This document shows, one piece after another, positions 1-6,308 of a stretch of 24,000 nucleotides of DNA (positions within the stretch are counted from its first letter, which is position 1; each line of letters starts with the position of its first letter). A program made the position numbers and the translations under genes. Under the pieces are notes generated by a model that saw nothing but the letters and a program-made list of their open reading frames with translations, was not told where the DNA came from and did no database searches. The stretch covers positions 5,985-29,984 of the forward strand of contig DASXVX010000073.1 of assembly GCA_036504075.1 (NCBI GenBank), in the 5' to 3' direction. This DNA is from Symbiobacteriaceae bacterium. GTDB lineage: Bacteria; Bacillota; Sulfobacillia; Symbiobacteriales; Symbiobacteriaceae.

Positions 1-859
1 AGAGGAAGACCGACGCCTTGACGAATGATCCGAGCGTCCAGAGGAAGACCCCTACGACGTCCATATTCGCAACGAAGTCGGCGACCTCAATGCGCTTCAG
101 TTCCTCGAACGTGGGGTAAACCATGTTCTGGACACTGTTGATGCCGAATACAGCCGTACTGCCGGTGATCGGTCCGATGAAGAGTACGCCGATGACGACC
201 ACGGCCCACAGTACCCGGTGGTAAGGCCGGTCGGCAGAGCTCAGGAAGGAGCCGAACATCCCGAACACCGCTGCCTCGGCAAAGAGTCCTAGAAGAGCCA
301 TACCACCTCGAAACACCGGTGCCCATCCCAGCTCCAGGACCGGAAGCAACTCCACATATCGCTTGTCCTTGTGAAGCAGCACGGATGCCATGAGGCCGAG
401 ACATAACAGAAGCGGCAGTACGATATCATTCGCCCGTGCCACCGTCTCAATGCCCTTCTTGGCAGCGTATGTAACCAGGCCCAGCGTGACTCCGATCACG
501 ACCGACAGGGGCGTTGTCGGCATGCTCAGGCGTATGAAGTCCCCGAAATGTCGGACCAGCATCGCACCAACATGAAGGAAATACCAGATGAAAACCAGGC
601 CCAGAACCCGTCCCACCACTGGGCCGGTCACAGCAACACTGATCTCAACCAGATTCCGGCCCGGGAGGATGGAGACCAGGCGGATAACGGCCAGAAACAA
701 GGCAGCGTATGCCAGAGTAGCGGCGATCAGGGAGATCCAATCATCGGGACCGGCATAGTGGGCGACGATTCGGACAAACAGCAGGTGGCCGGTAGAGGTC
801 AGGGCCGTCACCAGCAGCATGGCTGCTTGTCGCAGACTGATCCGCTCCGTCGGTAACAC
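1..859 (-). CDS. Spore germination protein, GerAB/GerKB-type permease-like membrane subunit (N-terminal ~286 aa; gene runs off the window start)
   Basis: Absent from the ORF track because it is open at the window edge. My translation of the minus strand from GTG 859-857 (GGGGGTGA RBS 4 nt upstream) is stop-free to position 1: VLPTERISLRQAAMLLVTALTSTGHLLFVRIVAHYAGPDDWISLIAATLAYAALFLAVIRL...NSVQNMVYPTFEELKRIEVADFVANMDVVGVFLWTLGSF. It has the ERISxRQ N-terminus and multiple TM segments typical of GerAB-family germinant receptor B subunits. Confidence 0.7.
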   Translation of the reverse strand, partial: MLPTERISLRQAAMLLVTALTSTGHLLFVRIVAHYAGPDDWISLIAATLAYAALFLAVIRLVSILPGRNLVEISVAVTGPVVGRVLGLVFIWYFLHVGAMLVRHFGDFIRLSMPTTPLSVVIGVTLGLVTYAAKKGIETVARANDIVLPLLLCLGLMASVLLHKDKRYVELLPVLELGWAPVFRGGMALLGLFAEAAVFGMFGSFLSSADRPYHRVLWAVVVIGVLFIGPITGSTAVFGINSVQNMVYPTFEELKRIEVADFVANMDVVGVFLWTLGSFVKASVFL

Positions 860-966
860 GTGGTCACCCCCATGGAGGTGATCATTCCCAGTTCCGGCGT
901 GGTGCATCCTCGGGGGCCTCAACCTGTGGCGAGTTCTCCCAATTACTGGGCTTATCAACGGGCTGA

Positions 967-996
967 GGCCGGGCCGCCGAAAGAGGCGGCCCGGCC
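967..996 (-). terminator. GC-rich stem-loop downstream of the minus-strand redox operon (possible terminator)
   Basis: GGCCGGGCCGCC-gaaaga-GGCGGCCCGGCC, a perfect 12-bp stem. It lies between the stop of the GrdB-like gene (1119) and the gerAB-like start (859). No clear U-tract follows on the minus strand, so terminator function is uncertain. Confidence 0.35.
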
Positions 997-1118
997 GGCT
1001 TATGGGATGGGTCCGCTGCGGTCTTACGTCGCCTGGCACCATTGTACAGGTCCCGGCTGAAACCTCAGCCACAACATCCTATGCGATCTTGCTGAAGAGT
1101 GCATCCGGGGTGCCCGCC

Positions 1119-1901
1119 TCACTCGAAGCTGACCACCGTTCCCGACGTGGCCGTGGCAAGGAGACTCAGCGCAGTGGTAAGCACTCGTTGCTGGGTCGCA
1201 CGGTCCCCGGGCGGGCCCATGGTCTCGCCCCGGGTAAACGGCGTGACCAGACCCCGCGGATACCTGACCCTTAACATGGCGCCCTTCAGGGTGCCCACGG
1301 CGATCGTGGGAACGCCCGCCCGTTCCACAGCCCTGGCAATCAGTCCACCGGACTGATGACAGACCGGTCAGACCGGCACCAGCAGCATGGCGTCGCAGCC
1401 GTCTGAGCGCGCCGCAGCGGCGATCACCTCGGCCGACGTGCGGCAGAGGGCGGCAGCGTTGGTGCAGTACCCGCTGATGGAGAAGATCGGGCCGAGGCTC
1501 CCCAGTTCGCCTGCTGTGACCATGGCCCGCAGGTGGTCCAGCGGCAGCACGGCGTTCCAGTCGGCCTCGGCGGCGGCGTGAGGGTAGTGGGTATGGGCGA
1601 TGGACAGATTCGCCGCCTTCACATCCGCCGGCAACTCCCGCAGACCAACGTCGCCTTCCACATCTGCCGCGGTGAACGGCGCTTGCTGATGGGTGAGGTA
1701 GAGGCCGGCGGTTGAGACGACTGCCAGCCGCGTCTGATTCAGCGGCTTCAAGAAAGGTACAAAGGGTACTTCGGCAGGCTGCACATGGGGATAGCCCACA
1801 AAGCCGTCCTTCCAGTTTGCTGCTTCCAGCAAGGGACGTTGGCGTTCAATCCAGGTCTGGTAGGCCTCTTCCCAGCCTGGAAGCGGATCGGAATAGGGCA
1901 T
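1119..1901 (-). CDS. Short GrdB-like (glycine/sarcosine/betaine/D-proline reductase protein B family) selenoprotein, paralog 1; in-frame UGA (Sec) at 1368-1370
   Basis: Track ORFs 1368..1901 and 1119..1328 share one frame, and the 13 codons between them are open. Read-through gives ...GCDAMLLVPV-U-PVCHQSGGLIARAVERAGVPTIAVGTLKG..., a U-x-x-C motif as in GrdB. ATG 1901 is preceded by AAAGGAA. It is paralogous along its length, including the C-terminal end, to the 6565..7269 gene, which has a TGA at the same aligned position. Confidence 0.85.
1339..1357 (-). promoter_or_regulatory. SECIS-like recoding hairpin for UGA 1368-1370
   Basis: The sense RNA is AUCAGUCC-GGU-GGACUGAU, a perfect 8-bp stem with a G-containing apical loop. 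It starts 11 nt 3' of the UGA, the geometry expected for bacterial SECIS elements. Confidence 0.7.
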
Positions 1902-1956
1902 GGTTCCATTCCTTTCTGATGTCCGTGTCGCCGCTGGGGGCCGGGGTCGATCGTGA

Positions 1957-2406
1957 TCAGCACCCCAGCCACTTGCGCAGCAGGAGAATCTGTGCGCGGT
2001 GGTGGGCGATGTGAGCGATTGCGTAGACGACGGTCTGCCGCTTATTCAGCGCCAGACCGCTGAGGAGCCGCATCCCGTCTTCATCCAGCGCCTCCGGAGC
2101 GAGAGCGCCTAACGTCTCACGACTGAGCCTGCCCGCCGCGGCCAGTTGTTCGAGCAGTTCAGCGCGGGTGGCCGGTTCGACGCGAAAGGCGCTCTGGCGG
2201 TCAACGCCTGCTGGAACTCCCCCTACCTGTTGACCGATCATGAGCCGCTCCATGTCGGCCACGTGGCGTACGAGCATGCCGATGCTGTTGAAGTCGGGTC
2301 GAATGCGGGCATTCAGCGCCTGCTCGTCCAGCGGTTCCAGCTCACGGACCAGCAATCCGCGCACGCCCTCCAGGAGCTCAAGCAGGTCGGAGATTTCCTT
2401 GTTCAT
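1957..2406 (-). CDS. DinB-family (DinB_2-like) metal-dependent four-helix-bundle protein
   Basis: Starts at MNKEISDLLELLEG (ATG 2406, GGGGTGG RBS). Histidine motifs include ...LVRHVADMERL... and ...YAIAHIAHHRAQILLLRKWL. The 34 N-terminal residues of the track ORF have no RBS support and were dropped. It lies 34 nt downstream of the AhpD-like gene and 55 nt upstream of GrdB-like 1. Confidence 0.75.
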   Translation of the reverse strand: MNKEISDLLELLEGVRGLLVRELEPLDEQALNARIRPDFNSIGMLVRHVADMERLMIGQQVGGVPAGVDRQSAFRVEPATRAELLEQLAAAGRLSRETLGALAPEALDEDGMRLLSGLALNKRQTVVYAIAHIAHHRAQILLLRKWLGC

Positions 2407-2440
2407 ACTACCACCCCGTTTTGAAGCATCGCCCGGTGGC

Positions 2441-2986
2441 CTAACGGTCTTCGGCCGCGTTTTCCGGCTCGAGGTCGACACCGAGGCCGTGGGCGATGCG
2501 GTTGACATAGTTGAAATAGGCGACCACCTGGTTGAGGTCGACGATGTCCCGGTCCGTGAGCCCCTGCTCCCGCAGGGGGTCCAAGTCGGTCGCGACCAGC
2601 TCGGACGGGCGCAGCGTCAACTTCTCCGCATATGCGAGCATGGCGAGGAGCCGGGGGGCCAACGTCAGGGACCGGGAATTTCGCTTGAGACCGGCGACCA
2701 GGGCGTCATCCCTGGTCAGGGCACGGAGCGCCGCCCCGTGATGGACCTGTCAGTAATGGCAGTGGTTCAGACTTGAGACCACCGTGGCGACGGACTCTCG
2801 TTCGGCACGGCTCAGGCCGGACGGGCGGAACATGATCGTCCGATACAGCTGCACGTGCGCTTTCAGCGCTTCGGCATTCAGGCTGTGACTCTTGATGATG
2901 TTAGCGGGCCGGTTTTTCATCGTGGCGTACAGTTCAGCTAATTCACCCTCGGCCGCTTGCTCATGAACGACTTTGACCCAGGTCAC
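2441..2986 (-). CDS. AhpD-like / carboxymuconolactone-decarboxylase-family peroxidase-related selenoprotein; in-frame UGA (Sec) at 2750-2752
   Basis: Track ORFs 2750..2986 and 2441..2662 share one frame with 29 open codons between them. Read-through gives ...VATVVSSLNHCHY-U-QVHHGAALRAL..., the AhpD-family C-x-x-C-x-x-x-H motif with the second Cys position encoded by TGA (C-x-x-U). The N-terminus MTWVKVVHEQAAEGELAELY...NIIKSHSLN is typical of this family. GTG start at 2986, GGGAGGG RBS. Confidence 0.85.
2714..2747 (-). promoter_or_regulatory. SECIS-like recoding hairpin for UGA 2750-2752
   Basis: The sense RNA is CACGGGG-CGGCG-CUCCGUG (2740..2722): a 7-bp stem including one G.U, with a G-rich loop, starting 10 nt after the UGA. 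It is extended by an outer GGUC/GACC helix (2747-2744 / 2717-2714). The G.U position would be an A-C mismatch on the opposite strand, so pairing is complete only in the coding-sense RNA. Confidence 0.6.
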
Positions 2987-3095
2987 CGGTCAGCACCCTC
3001 CCGTCATGTCGGATGGCTCACGCTCTCTTCTTCAGGGGGGCGGAAGAAAATTCCTGCCCGAAGTCTAGATCGGAAACGACACGCACCATGCCGAA

Positions 3096-3124
3096 GCTGC
3101 CCGGGGGCTTGGCCCCCGGGCAGC
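3096..3124 (-). terminator. Stem-loop after the DsrE-like gene (possible terminator or processing site)
   Basis: GCTGCCCGGGGG-cttgg-CCCCCGGGCAGC, a perfect 12-bp stem 34 nt downstream of the dsrE-like stop (3158). The trailing U-tract is weak (UUCGGCAUGG). Confidence 0.4.
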
Positions 3125-3157
3125 TGACCGCCCTTCCGGACGCGGCTGGCGATATAC

Positions 3158-3508
3158 TCAGAGAATCAGCGGCGCATAGCCCTGGGCAACCAGATCGGAC
3201 AGACTGGGGTGGCCGTGCAGTTCACCCTTGATCGGCAGACCGCTCTGCTTCACGTCCTCGGCTACGCCAAACGCCCCTGCGCAGTACTCGCAGACGCCGC
3301 CGATCAGCCCGAGTTCTTTCGTGGCCCGGTAGACATCGTGGTACTTGTTCTCGGGGTCTTCCAGCGTCTTGACCCAGGTGGTGCCGGCGCCGTCAAAAAT
3401 CACGGAGACTTCGTGACCGGCGTTGTGCAGATCCTGGGCGTACAGGAGGCCGTGCAGGGCACGGGCCAGCTCCTGGGGGCCGGCGTGAACGACAATCGCA
3501 AACTTCAT
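3158..3508 (-). CDS. DsrE/DsrF-like family protein (Cys form, CxxC)
   Basis: MKFAIVVHAGPQELARALHGLLYAQDLHNAGHEVSVIFDGAGTTWVK...LIGGVCEYCAGAFGV..., 116 aa. ATG 3508 has a strong GGAGG RBS. The 93-aa N-terminal extension in the track ORF (Pro/Arg-rich) is rejected. Confidence 0.75.
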   Translation of the reverse strand: MKFAIVVHAGPQELARALHGLLYAQDLHNAGHEVSVIFDGAGTTWVKTLEDPENKYHDVYRATKELGLIGGVCEYCAGAFGVAEDVKQSGLPIKGELHGHPSLSDLVAQGYAPLIL

Positions 3509-3651
3509 GGTTCTATACCTCCTCGGGTCTAATGGGGTTACTGAATGTAACCAACACGAGGATACTGCGACTCGACGACCGGTGTCGGTAATCCAGCATA
3601 CAAAAGTATCCGGCGAAGTGGGGGATGGGGGGGACCGGTCGGTCCGGCTGG

Positions 3652-4602
3652 TCACAGGCCGGGTTGGTGCGGGGGGGCCGGCACGCGGGCGGCCAGATAT
3701 TGATCGATGTGCACCGCCGCAATGTTGCCGGTGCCCAGTGCAATCGCGACCTGCTGGGTCATCGGGCGGAGATCGCCGGCGATCCATACGCCCTCAACGC
3801 TGGTGTCGCCCCGCTGGGATTTGGGCTCGACATGACCGCTCGCCGCCAGGGTCAACCCAAGCTGCTGGGCCAGGTCGGTGCGCGGGACTTTGGGACCGGC
3901 CACGAAAAAGGCGTCAGCGGCAATCGCCGTCCCATCGTTCAGGGTGACCGACTCCAGGCAGCCCTTGTGGCCGGTCAACTTCTGGATATCCCCCTGATAC
4001 AGCGGCAGATGGCGCGCCGCAATCCAGGCGCGGTCCGCCTCCCGGAGGTCATCTTCGCCGGTGAGCAGCAGCAGTAGGTCCTGCGAATGCTCATAGAGGT
4101 GCTTTGCCGTTCCGACGGCCCCCCGGCTTTTGCCGACCCCGATGACAAGCGTTCGCTTGCCGGCGATCTCCGGCGCTTCGCAGTCCGGGCAGTAATACAG
4201 GTTGCACTTGCCGGCGTAGGCAAGGCAGGGGCGGTAGTCGCCATCCACCGTGGGATGATAACGCGCCACGCCCGTGGCCAGGAGCAGCGTCCGGCCGGCG
4301 TACCAGGAGCCGTCTTCGGTTTCGGCCACGAAGGCGCCCGCCTGCCCGGAGACCCGCACGACGTTCGCCGGTTTCACTTCGGCTCCCATCGCTTCGGCCT
4401 GCCGGCGCAGCTCCTGCTGAAGCTGGATGCCGGTCCGTCCCGCGAAGCCGGGGACGTTCTCCAGAGTGTTCAGGGTGTAGAACAGGGGACCCGTCCGGCG
4501 GTCCAGGACCAGCGCCGAGCGCCCGTGCCACGCCAGGTGCAGGGCGGCGCTCAGCCCGGCCGGCCCGCCGCCGATCACCAGGGTGTCGTAGGTGTCTGTC
4601 AT
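3652..4602 (-). CDS. Thioredoxin-reductase-like FAD/NAD(P)-dependent pyridine nucleotide-disulfide oxidoreductase (atypical CPDC redox motif)
   Basis: N-terminal FAD fold YDTLVIGGGPAGLSAALHLA. Redox pair ...NLYYCPDCEAPE... A second dinucleotide fold KRTLVIGVGKS. C-terminal GVWIAGDL motif. Confidence 0.8.
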   Translation of the reverse strand: MTDTYDTLVIGGGPAGLSAALHLAWHGRSALVLDRRTGPLFYTLNTLENVPGFAGRTGIQLQQELRRQAEAMGAEVKPANVVRVSGQAGAFVAETEDGSWYAGRTLLLATGVARYHPTVDGDYRPCLAYAGKCNLYYCPDCEAPEIAGKRTLVIGVGKSRGAVGTAKHLYEHSQDLLLLLTGEDDLREADRAWIAARHLPLYQGDIQKLTGHKGCLESVTLNDGTAIAADAFFVAGPKVPRTDLAQQLGLTLAASGHVEPKSQRGDTSVEGVWIAGDLRPMTQQVAIALGTGNIAAVHIDQYLAARVPAPPHQPGL

Positions 4603-4632
4603 GTCCGCGCGACTCCTCTCTCACATAGAGAC

Positions 4633-4655
4633 GGCTCCACCCTGCTGGTGGAGCC
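4633..4655 (-). other. Intergenic stem-loop between the membrane-protein gene and the TrxR-like gene
   Basis: GGCTCCACC-ctgct-GGTGGAGCC, a 9-bp perfect stem. It lies 18 nt after the TAA of 4673..5104 and about 30 nt before ATG 4602. Function (attenuator or mRNA stabiliser) is not determinable from sequence. Confidence 0.3.
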
Positions 4656-4672
4656 GCGCTGTTTCAGTGGGC

Positions 4673-5104
4673 TTAACGGGTCGCATGCCCGGCTTTTTGC
4701 GCGCCGGCCGGAGCCCCTTTCTCCAGCCAGCCGAAGACCAGACCCAGCACCAGGCCGTAGATGAGGTGGCCCATCAGGGAGGGCATGCTGCCCGTCACCC
4801 CCGCTACGCTCCACTGCAGGCCCATGCCCGTCATGAGCGGCATCAGGGTCAGCGGGCCGAGCACATACCAGATGAAGCCGTAGATCAGGCCGCCGAGCCA
4901 CGGCCGATTGAACCGGCCGAAGACCAGTGCGTAGCCGATGCCGAACATGGCGCTGATGGCGAGGTGGACCGCCCAGCCGACGAGCGCCGAATCGCTCCCC
5001 ATCATCCCGGCGATCATCTTGATCATCCCCATCATTTGCATCAGCATCCCGAACACCAGACCCCCCGCCAGGCTACCGAGAACCCCGTTGACAAACCGCT
5101 TCAC
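4673..5104 (-). CDS. Small integral membrane protein, Met/Gly-rich, about 4 predicted TM helices, family not recognised
   Basis: MKRFVNGVLGSLAGGLVFGMLMQMMGMIKMIAGMMGSDSALVGWAVHLAISAMFGIGYALVFG...LMGHLIYGLVLGLVFGWL. GTG start 5104 with AAAGGGGAGAGG RBS. Co-directional within the redox cluster. Confidence 0.6.
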   Translation of the reverse strand: MKRFVNGVLGSLAGGLVFGMLMQMMGMIKMIAGMMGSDSALVGWAVHLAISAMFGIGYALVFGRFNRPWLGGLIYGFIWYVLGPLTLMPLMTGMGLQWSVAGVTGSMPSLMGHLIYGLVLGLVFGWLEKGAPAGAQKAGHATR

Positions 5105-5175
5105 TGAACCTCTCCCCTTTCGTTTGTCGGTGAATTGAGTGTACCGCTCAGAACGTGCCGGTTCCGTAGTCTAGC

Positions 5176-5865
5176 TTACACTCCGCGCTCCAGTTCCGAT
5201 TTTGCCCGTTCCCGGTTAATCCGAAGTTCCTTGCGCCCTGTCCGGACGATCTCTTCCCGGGCCAAACCCGCCAGCGTGGCACTGACCGTCTCGCGGGTGG
5301 CGCCGATCATGGCGGCCAGGTCCTGGTGGGTCAGGTCGGCGGAAATCAGCGTCCAGGGCCCGTCGCTGTCGGCGCCGAACTCCGCCGCCAGCCGGAGCAG
5401 CAGGTAGAGCACCCGGGAGCGGACATCGCCCATGGCCAGGTGTTCCAGCAGTTCGTGGACTTGCCTGAGCTGCGCGGAGAGCACCTCCACCACCCGCAGG
5501 GCGAGCTGCGGGTGCTGCTGCATCATTCGCTCCACATCGGGCTTGCGCATGAGGCAGAGCATAGTGTCGTCGATGGCTTCGGCATAGGCGCCTTGCGTCC
5601 CGGTCGAGAATTGCCCGACTTCGCCGAAGATGTTGCCGGGGCCCAGGAGGGCGGTGGTAAACTGCTTGCCTTCCGCATTCATCTTGTAAATGCGGACCCG
5701 GCCTTCTTTCAACAGGTAGAGCACTTCGGAGCGGTGCCCGGGCTCCATGATGGTGGTACCCTTCGCGACGACGTTCATGGGCGCGATGCGGTCAACTTCC
5801 ATCAAGGCTTCCCGCGGCAGAACCTCCATGATGTTGATGCGGGACAGGTAACCCAGCTTATCCAC
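5176..5865 (-). CDS. Crp/Fnr-family transcriptional regulator, paralog 1 (no FNR-type Cys cluster)
   Basis: cNMP-binding-like beta-roll (...LYLLKEGRVRIYKMNAEGKQFTTALLGPGNIFGEV...) and a C-terminal HTH, HQDLAAMIGATRETVSATLAGLAREEIV. The recognition helix starts RETVS, like CRP RETVG. GTG start 5865 with GAAGGAGGG RBS, 13 nt after the grx-like stop. Confidence 0.9.
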   Translation of the reverse strand: MDKLGYLSRINIMEVLPREALMEVDRIAPMNVVAKGTTIMEPGHRSEVLYLLKEGRVRIYKMNAEGKQFTTALLGPGNIFGEVGQFSTGTQGAYAEAIDDTMLCLMRKPDVERMMQQHPQLALRVVEVLSAQLRQVHELLEHLAMGDVRSRVLYLLLRLAAEFGADSDGPWTLISADLTHQDLAAMIGATRETVSATLAGLAREEIVRTGRKELRINRERAKSELERGV

Positions 5866-5878
5866 GTGTCGCCCTCCT

Positions 5879-6121
5879 TCACGTAGCTGCCATCAGCCGC
5901 TCAAACTCCTCCGGGTCAAACCCGTGCATGACGAGGTCGCCAACGACCAGCAGCGGTGTGCCGATGCCGCCCAGCCGCTTGAACTCAGTATGCGCCGCCG
6001 CATCCTGCAGGACATCACACACCCGGTACGGCATCCCGACCTGATCGAAGTACCGGCGGGCGGCATCCCCACCGGGACAACCGCCGTGGGTGTACAGCAA
6101 AACCGATTCCGTTCTTTTCAT
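5879..6121 (-). CDS. Glutaredoxin-like protein, YruB/NrdH-like small thioredoxin fold, monothiol CPGG motif
   Basis: MKRTESVLLYTHGGCPGGDAARRYFDQVGMPYRVCDVLQDAAAHTEFKRLGGIGTPLLVVGDLVMHGFDPEEFERLMAAT, 80 aa. ATG 6121 with GGGAGGAA RBS. The fold signature (beta1-CPxx, G-TP-vv, GFDPE) matches small glutaredoxin-like proteins, but the second Cys of CPxC is Gly. Confidence 0.75.
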   Translation of the reverse strand: MKRTESVLLYTHGGCPGGDAARRYFDQVGMPYRVCDVLQDAAAHTEFKRLGGIGTPLLVVGDLVMHGFDPEEFERLMAAT

Positions 6122-6212
6122 TTGCGTTCCTCCCGTCGAGCGTGCTCTGGGAGAAATGATACCCGGCTTTTTCACTCCGCACCGTAATCTGCTTTACAGT
6201 CCCCTGCCTTCT

Positions 6213-6303
6213 TGGTTCTGTGAACTGGCTTACAGGCCGATGACGAAAAGTGTTGTACACTGGTGGCCGATGGGACCAAACGGACACGATGGGAGTGCAT
6301 GGC
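6213..6303 (+). repeat. Copy A of a ~90-nt duplicated promoter/leader module
   Basis: Aligns by eye with 15315..15404 at roughly three-quarters identity. Identical blocks are TGGTTyTGTGAACTGGCTTACAG, TGTAyACT and CAACGGACACGAyGGGAGTGCrTGGC. Confidence 0.8.
6219..6261 (+). promoter_or_regulatory. CRP-type operator (TGTGA-N6-TTACA, 6219-6234) plus extended -10 (TGTACACT, 6254-6261): class-II-like promoter for nrtS-like / GrdB-like 2
   Basis: The box TGTGAACTGGCTTACA is a near-palindrome of the CRP consensus TGTGA-N6-TCACA. Exactly 19 nt separate the box from TG-n-TACACT, placing the box centre about 41-42 nt upstream of the expected TSS. The same box, spacing and TGTAnACT element recur at 15321-15363. 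Confidence 0.65.
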
Positions 6304-6308
6304 GGGCA

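Noticed and set aside
87-856. Track ORFs 87..404(-), 390..575(+) and 548..856(+) at the window start
   Set aside because: All overlap, in other frames or on the other strand, the stop-free gerAB-like reading frame, which has clear membrane-protein character. Their own translations are low-complexity.
1119-1121. TGA stops of GrdB-like 1 (1119) and of the DsrE-like gene (3158), checked as additional Sec codons
   Set aside because: Both proteins align to their expected C-termini. GrdB-like 1 ends at the same aligned position as paralog 2, which ends in TAG. The DsrE-like stop is followed by a terminator-like hairpin (3096-3124) rather than by coding-like sequence, and the GrdB-like 1 stop by a short run of non-conserved-looking codons ending at another stop.
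1957-1959. TGA ending the DinB gene right after ...WLGC, considered as a possible C-terminal Cys-Sec (TrxR-style) read-through
   Set aside because: The downstream frame gives about 35 non-conserved-looking residues that run across the RBS and out of frame into the next gene. No convincing hairpin follows. The DinB fold is complete at this point.
3652-3654. TGA ending the TrxR-like gene (...HQPGL-TGA), considered as a Sec extension as in animal TrxR
   Set aside because: There is no GC-U-G-like C-terminal motif. Read-through yields a Pro-rich, non-homologous tail. Only a weak 5-bp hairpin follows. Bacterial low-Mr TrxR-like proteins end here.
3509-3787. N-terminal 93-aa extension of ORF 3158..3787 and ORFs 3507..3947(+) / 3625..4077(+)
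   Set aside because: The extension is Pro/Arg/Ser-rich and overlaps the 3' end of the TrxR-like gene. ATG 3508 has a strong GGAGG RBS and starts the DsrE fold directly (MKFAIVVH). The plus-strand ORFs are antisense shadows of the TrxR-like gene.
6058-6085. Glutaredoxin-like CPGG site inspected for a hidden Sec codon or frameshift that would restore CPxC or CPxU
   Set aside because: The codons read TGT CCC GGT GGG, with no TGA and no frame disruption. The decayed second copy has the same CPGG, so the monothiol state predates the duplication.
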